Positions 25,001 through 37,200 of a stretch of 64,000 bases of DNA are shown here, piece after piece. Source of the DNA: Klebsormidium nitens (lineage: Eukaryota; Plantae; Klebsormidiophyceae); assembly GCA_000708835.1 (NCBI GenBank), contig DF237406.1, positions 12,000 through 75,999 of the forward strand, read 5' to 3'. Position 1 is the stretch's first letter; each line of letters begins with the position of its first letter. A program made the position numbers and the translations under genes. The notes under the pieces were generated by a model. That model was not told where the DNA came from. It worked only from the letters and a program-made list of their open reading frames with translations, and made no database searches.

Positions 25001-28000
25001 GATGACGACATCGTACTCCTTCTTTTGGCGCAGCCGCTCAGAGTCGGCTTCCGTGATGATGTGGTTTAGCTTCTCGATTTCCGCCTTCTGGCTCGCGATG
25101 GCGGATTCCGCTTCCGTTACCTGGGTCTGCGTCTTGTTGAGCTCGAAGCGGAGGCTCTCCTTTTCCTTGTCCACCTGCACAAGAATGGCTACATCCTTGA
25201 AAGTGCGAGTCGGATTTCTGAGAATCAGTGTAAATCCTGGGGATGCATTCGGCGAACTCTTCATCGGTCGAGCAAAATCACATCGACTTCTATGCCCGGA
25301 ACCGCCGCTTGACTGTGCTGGATTCAACAACGAATTGCAACAGCGGCCATACTTGCCATGTGAGTCTCGAGCGGAAATCTTTGAATCTTTGCGAAAGTCC
25401 TGAAATGGAGAGGCCTGAAACGTATACTTTCCAACTCCAAGCCATAGAAGCGGAGCAACCGTTCAGATCTTGTTGCATCTATTTTGCAAAATACTTTCAA
25501 GCCAGAAAAGAGGATCGTCCATATTCTCGCACCTTCATGTGGTCGAAGTGTTCCTTCACGAGCGCCAAGTCCTTGGCCCCGATCTCCTCCTTGAGCTGCT
25601 CCACTTGGTGGTTCATGATCTTGAACTTGCGCTTCATCTCCTCGATCTCGTCCTGCAGCGAAGACGGAACTTTCTTGAGGCAAAGGACCTTCGGAGGCTT
25701 ACCATTTCAGCTGTTACATGGTTCTCGTAAGTCGCAGTCTCCGAATGCTCTATGCTTTTCCACATGTCGTCTTCAAAGGTGGCAGACCAAATGGTGAAAA
25801 AAACCTAAACATGAATGGCCCGGTTGCTTCGTTACGAAGAAAGGTGTGAAAGATGCACTTCCCAGCTTCTGAGTCGACTCCGAATCAGTACGCACGGTAT
25901 GTAGGCATCCGCTTTTGAAACAATTCGACAGCAGAAAGCTGATTAACCCGGGCTCGGTGCAAGTCTTAGTAAGCGTTGCGACGAATGCCCAAATGTGCAT
26001 ATGTCTCTTAACACAGGTCAACCGACACAAGCTGCCTTTAGATCCTACATTTACAAGAGGATAGAAACGCCAAGTTTACTTCTCCAGGTCGGAAAAAGGA
26101 GTTTTCAAAAGGCCTCCGTGTTTACCGGCACCTCAATGAAACAACTAGCAGATCGAGGCTGCGGGCAAACAGGAAGACACGTTCGTCGAACCTGATTGGG
26201 GACCAGCTACCAAGGCTCGAGACTCCAAAGAACCATTTTTGGAAACTCTGATTTGCTTCAAGACACGCGCGAGTTGGCGCGCGAGCCTGGGAGCGCGCGC
26301 TTTTGTGCCTCGATCTTTGGGTTAACAGTTGGGTTTGAAAAGGATAACACATCAAAGGAAGTATGTCAATACCACGGCTTGAGAGTCCGAAGTGGCAGTC
26401 CTCAAACCCAAAGACTTAAAGCTTCTCCCAAGCATCCTCCGGATTTATGGAGAAATTAGTGAAAGCTACTCAGTCCGATGCTGGGTGAAATCAGTCTAGA
26501 TTAGTGGACACTATATCCGGCAGAATGCTTGGGATAAGCTAACTGTATCAAACGAGCGAGATCAAAACGCCCGCGAGCCTGCGCGGGTGCACCTGTCCTT
26601 CCATGTGGCTCTTGAAGTGGATTTTGCGTCCGGGCAAATCACACAGTCATACCCTCAAGACAAAATGAAGTCCCGAGGCTCAAAGTCGAAACTGCCAGTC
26701 CTCAGCTTCTAGGCCCTCTGAGACGCACCTGCGCCTCAATGAGGTTCTTGGAGTAGAGGTTGCGGTCGGAGCGGACCGCCTCGTACAGGTTCTGCTGCTG
26801 CTTCAGCTTGTTCTCACCGTCTACGATCTTCCTCTGCAGGTCCAGGATCGCCATCTCGCGCACCTTGACCTCCTCAAGAGCCTGCCACGTGGCGCAAGGA
26901 CAGTGAGTGAGGGTGTCAGAGCAGAGGTTTCCCCTCCCCCAATACGAAAAGTCTCGTTCTTCTGAAATCGACGCGCCTGGATCCAGTCTTGACTATTGCA
27001 AGTTCGTTCTTGCTCCCACCCACTTTCACAGCTCTTTAGAAGGATACATGATCGCGCCAAACAGATTCTCAAATGGTGTTTAGCGTCTTGGGTTTAGACG
27101 GCCTCCAGAAAGTCTTCGTCTTGGGTCGGAAACGCAAAAGTCTCTTCAAGCCAGGAAACTCCACACGAAACAATAAACCTCAGCCTAGACGAGTACTCCT
27201 CCTCTTCCGAAAGCCCCTTTCACCACCTCGGCCACTTACCTGCAGATACTTTGCCCCAACCTGCGACGCCTCGGCCCCGTACTTCTCCCTCTCCCTCTCT
27301 AGTTGCAAGATCAGCTTCTGCTGCCGTTCCGCTTCCGCTCGGTAGCCCTGGATCTCCTGCTCCAGGTTCTTCTTCGCGCCCTCGTTAACCCTAACCAAGT
27401 CCTGTTGCTTCGTGGTCGCATTCTCGGCCTGCGTCTTCAGCTTGTTGAGGACGTCGCGCTCGCGCGTAAGCTCGTCCTGCTTCCGCTTCTCCGCGTCCGT
27501 GGCCTTCCGCTGCGCCTCCACGTCACGCTCCAATGCCTGCGGTTAAAGCGAAGTAGTTAGCAGGCTAATGTAGTGGGTTCAAGGGGCCTCTCAGAAGGAG
27601 TTCAAGCGTGAAGAATCCCATCTGCTCGCTGCTTCCGTGGCTCTTCGCTGCTCCTCCAAGTGACGCTGGAGGGCCTATGATATAACAAATCGAGGTTAGC
27701 CGATAAGCTAGTGGGTCAGGAGCATCTGAAAATTGGTTAATGCGCGAAGAGTCCCATCGTCCCTCGACTTCCGTGGCCTTCCGCGCGCCTCCACGTCGCA
27801 CTCTAGGGCCTATAATTATGGAGTTCAAGGTTAGAAGATTCTTCAGACTTCAAGTTTGCAGCTTGGAATTCTAAGTCTGTACCGCTGTTTCTGCACATCC
27901 ACCAGCCCTTTGCTGCAGCAGCTCTGTCTTAAAAAAGTCCGGTAGCTTAACAGATTCTTCAATCCATTTCCGTGCGCATGTCATCCTTCTGCCCCTCCGC

Positions 28001-31000
28001 TTCCTCTTTTTGCTTCTCGAGCTGCTTCATCTCGTTCAACGTCCCCATCTCAAACTTCTAAAACTCCAGATCTACTACAATCGTAAACACGCTCCACAAG
28101 CTGTCAGAATTTTGTAAATGTGAAACCCTCACCATGATCTCCGCGCGCACGTCATCGCTCTGCTTCTTCTACTTTAACTTCTGCTTATCCAGAAGCTTTA
28201 TTTCGTTTACTATCATTTTCTCACAAATGCTGGGGATCAAATACACTTGAAGCTATAGAAGCATGCAAACCCCACAAGAATCCAAAGCATCCCAAACCCC
28301 AATGTACTCATTTCTCACCTTGGTTTCGGCGCGCACGTCATTCCTTTGCTTCTCCACTTCGGCCTTGTGCTTCTCCAGCAGCTTCATCTTGATTACTGTC
28401 TTCGTCTCAAACTCCTTGACTTCCAGATGGCATTCAAAATAACGAACAAGAATTAATAAGTTCCCAAGCTAAAAGGCAAACCCTTACCATGATCTCAGCC
28501 CGGACGTCATCCCTCTGCTTCTCCACCTCCGTCTTCTGCTTCTCGAGCAGCTTCATCTTGTTCAGCGTCGTTTCCCGCAGCTTGTTCACGCGAACCGCCT
28601 CCAGCTTGATAGACGCGATCTCCTCTTCCTTCAGTTTAAGCTCGACTTGCTTCTGGCTGTTCTCGGCCAGCAGCTGCGTGTTGGTGTGAATCTGCTCCTC
28701 CAGATCTGCGTGCAGCTTTGTCACCTGGGGCACAAAGTTTGATATCCTTCAGAAGAAGAACCAATCAAGTGACAAAAACGAAGGTGTGGGAAAGTGGTAT
28801 TAAAGATTCACGGCTGATTGGGTGCGCTCCGTTTCCGTCGTCGTTCCAAGCTAAGGCTTTCGCGAATGGCAAGAGACTGACCACAGAATTCATTGATCAC
28901 TGCACGGCCTTTCGCAAGTTTGTGTGCCCTTGCCTGCAGGGTCTTCTGCCTTGTTTACATCTGCCTTTCTGCTTGGAGAAAGAAGGCCTTGTTTGCTCGC
29001 GGGGGTCAAGCGTTTCAGGCACATGATAGTATAAAACGTGTCATCTCTGAGATGATCCAGATACAGTCGCCTAGCGCGTTTACTACACGCTTCGCTCCAA
29101 AGAAGTCGGATGTCATGATTCAAACCCAAGAGACTCTACCTATGTCTAAGTTCGTTGATGCAAGCTAGTGACGCAGAGAGAAGTACGCCTACCTTCTGAT
29201 TCAGTCCGTCCAGTTCTTTCTGCCCCTTCTCAGTCGCGCTCTTCTGCTCTTTCAGCATATGCTCCAGCTTGGAGATCTGCTCTTGCCCCAGCGCGATCGA
29301 CCCTTGCTTCGTCTTGATGTCCGCGCTCTTCATCTCCAGCGACGCTTTCAGGTCCTTCAGCTCCTTCTCCATCCGTTCCTTCTTGCGCATCTCCCTGCAA
29401 GAAAAGAATGAAACATCTGAGAATGGTATTGTGTTTCAGGGCGTTCGAGAATGCTACAACTATGCAATCCGTTCCGCTTGCCGCATTCAAGCCTCCAGCG
29501 ACGCTCTCAGGTCCTTCAGCTCTTTCTTAATGCGTTCCTTCTTGCGCATCTCTCCGCTTTTCTTGCCGCAATGCTGTCTCTCAGGGCTGCTAGCCTCGTA
29601 ATCCGTGACAATCAGGTCCTGGTCAAGATCACATATCCTTCTTCCAAATCGTCTGGGTCCTCGAAACCTCAACAGGGTAGGGAACACGGAAAAGCAAGGC
29701 GTCAAAGAACTCTCACCTCTCTTCGTCCGCCTTGCGCTCCGCAAGCTGTCCCGCAGCTTTGCAATGCTCGTGCTCCATCGCAATCCTGTCCTGTTCTGCT
29801 ATTCTGCCCCGCGCCGCTTTTGACCATTCTTTCCTTTTCTTTTCTAGATCAGCTTTCTGACTCCTCATAGTGATTAAGACACAAACTTTTAGAGCAGAAA
29901 CCTTACCTCTCCTCGTCCGCTTTCCTTGCTGCGATGCTGTCCCTCAGTTTCGCAATCTCGTGCTCCATCGCAATCTTGTCTTGCTCTGCCCCGCGCAGCT
30001 TTTGATTGTTGTTGACGACTTCCGTCCGGAGTTGCACGATGAGGTCCACCTGGGAGTCGCGCTCCTTGATCAGCTCCTCCTTCTGCTTCAACAGCTCGTT
30101 GACCTGCACGGAACGAACGGAATAGTCAACGGAAGAACGGAACGGGGACCGGATGAATGTATTTGCAGTCTATGTGTCTACTTTACCGGTTTGCTGTTAG
30201 TCTCCACCGTATCAGTTTTGTTCAGTCTGCTGCTCCGGTAGGTTCTTGACATACGCACACGAGTATCTCCGTTCCATCTGTTCGAGGAACATTGTAATTA
30301 TTGCATGTTTCGTTTGCAAATATGGTACGATTTTCAAAGAACAGCACAAAGTTGATCTTATCTGTCTAAATCTGCCTTTCTGCACCACTTTGCTCAACAG
30401 ACCGTTCATTGTTTGAGATCGCTCACTGACCGACAGCTCTGCATTCTGTAAAAAGCTCTTTTCAAGACATCGTAGTGAGAAATCGTGGTGCTCTTCGGCC
30501 AACATAGTGATCAACATCAAGGTGGTCGAAAGCAGCTTGCCCTTCGCCAAGGGCCGTGCTGGGTGCTCGGAGGTCTCTTCCTCTAAACGAGCTCTATGCG
30601 CTGTTTGTTCTACATGAATTCCCTCGTTCCTCGAATCTGTTGGAAAGGCCTTACCGTGTTTTCTTGACCCACGTTGAGGCCTGCCCCCTGCTCCACCAGT
30701 CGGCTCAGGTTTGTTATCTCCAGCTTCAGTTGCCTGCGAACATCAGAGGCACGCGGCCCGATTAGAGGTAAGCTTTTGCGAAGACAACTCTACTTTTCGT
30801 TCGAGTCTTGTAAAAAGCAGAAGTCACATCCAAGGACAAACGACCACAAGCTGCGCGGTAAATACTCAGAATAAGGTCGCCGCGGAGCAAGCAATTGTGA
30901 CACAAGGCAGCGTAAATGAAAGAAGCGGACGGTAAAAGGCGAGGGATATTCAGGGGACAAGGGGATCTTCAGGCGGTTTTCATTTCTGCGGAAGTATCGG

Positions 31001-33112
31001 AAGACCTATCGAACACACAAAGTGTCAACAATACCCTGTCATCTTTTCATCAGCAAAGCCACAGTAAGGTCTTCGTGCCATTTCCCTGCTCCGCCGCTCC
31101 TTCCTTCTCTCTATTTCTGGCCGGACGCCCTCAGTAGCTCTCTGCACTGACACTGAATAGAGCCCAGAGTGCCATATCTACGTTTCACGGCTCGTTCCCA
31201 CTGATTGCGAAAGCACGCTGGGAATGCATGCTAGTCGAAACGCGAGTAACAACCAGCTTTTCATGCTGTGGTCTCCGCTCGCTCAAGAGGCCTGTTGTGT
31301 GCAGACCGTTCAGGTAATGCGCAGGCGGGTATTGTGGTCTTGGTTCTTCACATTCCCAGATGGCCTATTACAAGTGCAGTAAATAGCAGTCGCTAGATAT
31401 TTCTCCTTTGCCTGCAAACTTAACCCCCAACTTTCAAAGCTAGTGTATCAGCATGAAAGTTTCACGTTTGAATTCTGCCAAAAAGTTGAAAGCAATGCAG
31501 CGATGCACTCACTGGATGTTTTCCTTTGCCTTGGCCTCCTTCTCGTGGCTTGCATCCACCATCTTCCATGCCTTTTCGATCTCCTTCTTGAGCGCCCCGA
31601 TGGTTGCCTGGTCTTCCTCGCTCAGCTTGAGCGCCGTCTGCACCTTGGCCGCATTGCTCACGATCTCGTTGTTCAGCTCCCGGCACTTCTTGATCAGCCG
31701 CTTCTCGCTCTCTGCAAAGCGATGGATTAATTTTCAATCACGCGTTCACTCGCCTAAGCTTGCTTCACTGCGCATTGCATCAAAGAGCATAAACAGCGGA
31801 GTTTCGCTCCCTGTGCTGCTTGCCTGCAAGCTGCACCTTTCTATGCTAGTGGAAAAAGAGGGCATTGCCGCGCTTTCCTGACAATTCTTAACCTGCTTCT
31901 TTGTCATCCTTTGCCTTAAGTCGCCATTGCAACTATATCAGGTTTCCTCCTTTTCTACCTGACTTTAAAGTTGAGTCTGGCATCCTATGGAAGTCAGACG
32001 GTATGCCGTTTCAACTGCTCAGGCTGGTAGGAATGCTGAGCACTTTCGCTCCCATTCCTCTGTACTGCGCTAAGCGGGGCGCTAAGACTGAGCTGTCAAA
32101 GGTGTTGAGCTACCCGCCAAGGAACCACTGGGCCCACTGCCATTCTCCCAGATAAAACCAATCTAAGCAACGGTGTGAGACATCCTCATGATTGAGTACG
32201 GTGAATACTCAAGCATGCAACTACTCTAGAGATCTCGTCTTTCTTTTAGCATGGTGCGTCCCTGTGTTTGAGTATATCCTGTGGAGGATGCAAAAAACAA
32301 TTGCTAAAACGCTGTCCCTGAAATGCTGGACACGCACCATGAGACTTCTTGAGTGCCCGGTGGATCTTTTCGTACTCCAACCGGAACCTCTCCAAGCTCT
32401 TGTCTCCTTGGAGCTCCGTCAACACCTGCGCTCAGGCAGCACAAAGATTCACACGGTCAACTGCCTTTGTGGCTTGGAGCAGGCGAAGCCAGGTAAAAGA
32501 AGGTGAAGTAGAAGCTGCTGTGCAGATTAACAGGAGGCGCAATAGCGTCCTGAAAGCATTGAAGAAGACCGGCTTGATTCTGCTTGCCACTTGAAGGGTC
32601 AGATGGTGAAATGCTCATTTTCTGGCCACTTGGAAGTGAGCTCATTGCACTTGCAATGCAGTGATTACGGCAAGCAGCTGCACAGCTTCTACCATTGCAC
32701 TTTACCAAATCTCAAGAGCTGAGCCTGTATATGAACGAACCCCACATTTGCTCAATATCTCATCAGCCTGGCACTAGGCAGCTTTTTTGGCAGCAGCCTG
32801 GACAACCGAGCTGATGCCCCAATAACATGCCACTTTGAGAGATCAGGTTATGAGTTTCCTCCATCCGATCGCCTTCCTCCCGGAAAAGTGTCATTTCTTA
32901 ATTGGCTGCGCAACCTGGCAGTATCATGGGTTCCAGAATTTGAGGTATCGATTCTAGGCGCTACGACTCACCTCCTGAAAGTCCCTCTCAAGGGCCTCGA
33001 ACGCCTTGGTCTCAAACCCCGCTGCAAAGCTGGTGTCCACCAGACCCTTTTTAGGGTCTGAGTCATCCCTGCTTTCCCTAGCCGCATCCTTGTCCGCCCT
33101 AATGTCTGCCAT
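22045..33112 (-). CDS. CFAP58: Cilia- and flagella-associated protein 58 (CCDC147/FAP58-FAP189 family), 895 aa
   Basis: 15 phase-consistent exons: 33112-32972, 32425-32338, 31711-31513, 30733-30655, 30103-29907, 29394-29193, 28724-28488, 27536-27240, 26881-26729, 25652-25533, 25174-24974, 24391-24152, 23507-23367, 23013-22837, 22260-22045 (2688 nt). Motifs: AFEALERDFQEVL..L.GDKSLERFRLEYEKIHRALKKSHESEKRL, YEAVRSDRNLYSKNLIEAQDEI, ELENPLNVHRWRKLEG, PRFTGGGF. Confidence 0.93.
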
Positions 33113-34270
33113 TTTGTCCGCCGTGTTGTGCCCGGCAGGATTAGCTGCAACAAATGGCCCTCAGGCTCATCTCATACCAATCACCTCATGCGTGCTGACT
33201 CCTACAGATTGCTCCCAATCTCCGTTCTTTTGCACCAGAAATACTACAGCTTCCCGAAAGAAGGCGGTCAATCTCGAACTTTGATTCACGCTGCAATCCT
33301 CCATCCATCAGCGAAGGATAACAGGATTGAATGATGTCCTCCTAGCGCAAGGGAGAGGAATTGAAGTTTACAACCCGTTGCCAGAGCCTCCGATGTACGT
33401 ACATATGCGAGCTACCTATAACGCAACGCGAGCAATGCTCGACATGTAATAATTTTAGCGGATGCCCAGGGCCAAGGGCCAAGAAGTGCTGTAGTCCCAC
33501 AAAGCCACAAACCGATAAATCTGTGGACTTCTGTACATATTCAGGTCGATTGTACGGGTCCAAAACCAACCGTCACCTACTTTGAAGGAGGTCACAACAC
33601 ATTCTCTTTCGCGCGCGTGCACCGGTATCTGGGCGGAACTGGCCCAGCGGAACTCGACAACCGCAGGGACTCGGAGATTGGGGGGATCTGTGACCTACAG
33701 CGGAACCAATTTCAAAGCCAGGCCGGAAAGGTACGTACCTGAAACATACGGCACAAGGGCGCGCGGGCGGTAATCTTACAATTGCAGAGCTCTGGCAAAT
33801 GGTGGAAACCGTGAACGCTGCGCTTGCGAGCATTTATCATTATCATTCAAAGAGTGATCCGCCCAGACTTTGGGGGCAGGTTGGAATTAAATCTTGTGGA
33901 ATTTTTTTCGAGCAAAGATTCGTAATGATGTAATACATGCCCATAGGTAGTCTTCGTGCATGGCCACGCAAGTTCAATGTGGCAGCCGCATGCACCTTTG
34001 AGCCATGCGGATAAGAATCTTTTCGCACACAGAGCTCATACATATCAACACCAAGCACTTCGACAAGATGGAGAGCCACTCCAGGAGCAGAAGAGAGAAC
34101 TTGTCTGCTTTGCCTCGAGCTGGAATTTTCGGCAATTCCATCTCAACAGGGTGTCTTGCAGGTTCTTTCCTCTCCGCACCAGAAACTTGTCACAGGGCAA
34201 AGCAGGTTGCATTTTCGCTTGGCTGGTGGCAGGGGGTGTTGAGGCCAGAGCAAACCCCAGCAGAACAGAA

Positions 34271-37200
34271 ATGGATGAGCTGGCGCTGACGACAGCCTGC
34301 CCCCACCAGCAACGGCGTGCGTTCGTGAGCTTCCTCACTGGCTCTGGGGACTACGTCAAGGGCGCGGTCGCATTAGCAAAAAGCCTTAGAGCAGTGAACA
34401 GCGCTTACCCCCTCATAGTTGCGGTGACGGAGTGTGTGCCTGTGGCGCACCAGAGGCTGCTGCGGCGGGAGGGGTGTATAGTGCGCGAGGTCGCCAGGGT
34501 GGCGCCCCCTGGGGGAGGGTGCGGCTTTGAGTTTGCGAGGGAGTATTACGCGGTCAACTTTTCGAAGCTACGCATTTGGCAGGTGGGTGTATGATCAAGT
34601 AGAGTCTAAAAGGTTGACAGAAGAGGTCATGTGCATGGCATGGTTCGAACTGCAATTCTCATGGACTCTTCCGCTATATAAAATATAACATTTCACTGTA
34701 CCATGTTGATAGCTGATCAATGCTTTACTCAGGATGGCTTACACATAAACGAGTGCAATTGGTTGTTGGTCTTGCCTGCATCAGCGAAACACCTCTCAGC
34801 GTGCCTCTCAAGAAGAGAAGTAAAGGTGTCTTTTCACACCCAAACCAGTTAAGAAACTTGTCAAGTATCATATGATCTGTCTACAATACCCAGCTCCTTG
34901 CTTCATCTGCAAGAAAAGCTTCAGATCTTCGAAACTCTGAATCAATTCCGGGTTCAGCAATTTCAAGGGACTGGGGCTAAGGCGTGTGAACAGTCCACTC
35001 GCATGGCCACAATCTGTCCTCACATCTTTGCATTTCACTTTTGAAAAGAAGATCTCTCAAGATGAGTCGGCAAACTTTGCTTTGCAAGTCCAAGCGATCA
35101 ATAAGCTGGTTTGTCTGCAGCTCTTACACTCTCTCCCACTCCTCCTGAGCTCCAATCAAGTTCTATTATAGGAACTCTTTCCAGAACATCTAAACAGCTT
35201 CCTCCACCTCAGGAATCCGAAGGAAGCTCATCTGCCCGAACTGCACTGTACTTTTCAATCAGGATGAAGTAGTTTCTTGTTGCTTGCCACTAAGAAGGAC
35301 CGCTCATGAAAATCATGTCACATCGAAGTTCGACAATTGGCCGTGTATCTGGACGTCGACATGCTTTCCGGTCGACTGTGATCAAAATAGTTTTTTGATT
35401 CTCTATGTTTGACCTGAAACCATTTGGCAAAAGCGCTCATGCTAGTTGCCCCCAGTTCGACGACTTCGACAAGCTGGTCTACCTGGACGCCGACATGCTC
35501 CTCTTCCAAAACGTGGACGAGCTGTTCAATAGCCCCCCCGGAACGCTCAGCGCCGTCATGGACTGCTTCTGTGCGGGTAAGTGCATCAGTCTGGGAATAC
35601 TGTGCGGAAGCTATCCCAGTCGAATACACACGGACGTGTTCTTGTTGAGAGAATTCTCAGAAATACTAAGGAGAGCTTTCCCGAAGAGCATCCCCCGAGA
35701 AGAGTGCTCTTCTACTCAGCCAAGAAACTCTTCGCGTGAAGGAGTGAAGAGAGGGCTCTTCGACCTTTCAGGCTAGATAAAGGAAAATCCTTCATGAAAT
35801 CCGGATGCGCTTCATTCGTTTTTAGAAAGTGCTATTCACTTCAATGAGAGGCTTTCCTCGGTATTATATGAGCTGTCGTGATGACCAAAGGACCATTACT
35901 AGGACTTGGTAAAAGCTATGGCGGTCAACACAAATCTTTCAATAGAATCTACTCAACCTCTTTTAGCCTTTCGGAGCGATGAAGACTCCCTTCGAAGGTT
36001 CAACCTGCAAACTTCTGGCGGATTGTGTGTGACTCGACAGACGAGCGACAGGTCGAGACAGCTAGAACTTGTTCGGCCGTAGACCCCAGCGCGCCGTTGA
36101 AGAGTGGCTGGACTTTGCGTGCATTTTTTTTTCCCTTTCGTTCTAGAGGCGCACGAACGCCAGTACGCCCTTGCTGAGATCCATTTCGCTTCTTTTTCGG
36201 AAGCGCTGAAGCCCCTGCGGGCGGAAAAGGGACTGATTTTAATCCCTTTTGTTTGAAAGGAATACGACTCACCAACAAAGAAAAGCGAAACCGAGGCCGT
36301 CTAAAATGTCATTATGTTTCTGGGTGACCGGCTAAATGGTTCTTTCTCTTTGGCAGCGACTCCCGCCATCTGGCACCAGTCCGTTCCCCGGTACAGACCG
36401 GGCTACTGCCAGCAGGTCCCCGACCGGCTGCCTTGGCCGCGGGACGCGCCCAAGCCGGCACCGTACTTCAACGCGGGGATGCTCGTCTTCCAGCCCAGCT
36501 GTGCCGTTTTCGAGTAAGCTCTTTGCCGATGTTTTCCACTTGCAGTCAATTGAGAGAAAAGCATATCACAAAGGGGAAATCTGAAAGGGTAACGCTGTAC
36601 GCGCCAAAGGTTTCAGATGTTGAATCCAATGAAATGTGATTCCTGAGTCGCAGCCGCGGAGTTCGTTCGAGGCCCGCCTTAATACGAAAGCGGCCTCGTA
36701 CTTCAACGTGGGGATGCTCCGTTTTCGAGCCCAGCTGCGCAATTTTGAGTGCACTCTCACACAAAACTTCTGCATCCTGAAACTCTCCATGGAACATCGG
36801 AAATGCTTTGGCGGATACGAGCTACTTCGTCAACAGACGTTCTTTGGATGACCATGACTTCTGTTGCTCATCCCGGTTCGATACTGGAGTGTCCGGAACG
36901 ATGTGACCCCGTGTGAGAAACCGAGCCAATCGCAAGGGAACGACCTTCTCTGAACGATCTTGTTCGCAAGACTTCTATTCGCAGCCAGCGCCTGTCTGTT
37001 GAGTGGATTCTTGTAGAACACTTTCTAAAGGACCTTCGTCCACTTTACTTGTAACATGTTTCTTCCCCATCTTTTCGCGCATTTGCCTTCTCCTTTTTCG
37101 CGGTGCCACATTTACTCGTGTTTTGTTTCCCTTCTGTACCCAAGCAGATTGTTTTTGCGCGGAGTAACATCCATATCTGTCACCATTTCTCGCGCAATTT

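Noticed and set aside
33342-33569. Possible Helitron 3' end (CTAG plus small hairpin)
   Set aside because: The stem is only 4 bp and there is no matching 5' TC end or other copy in the window.
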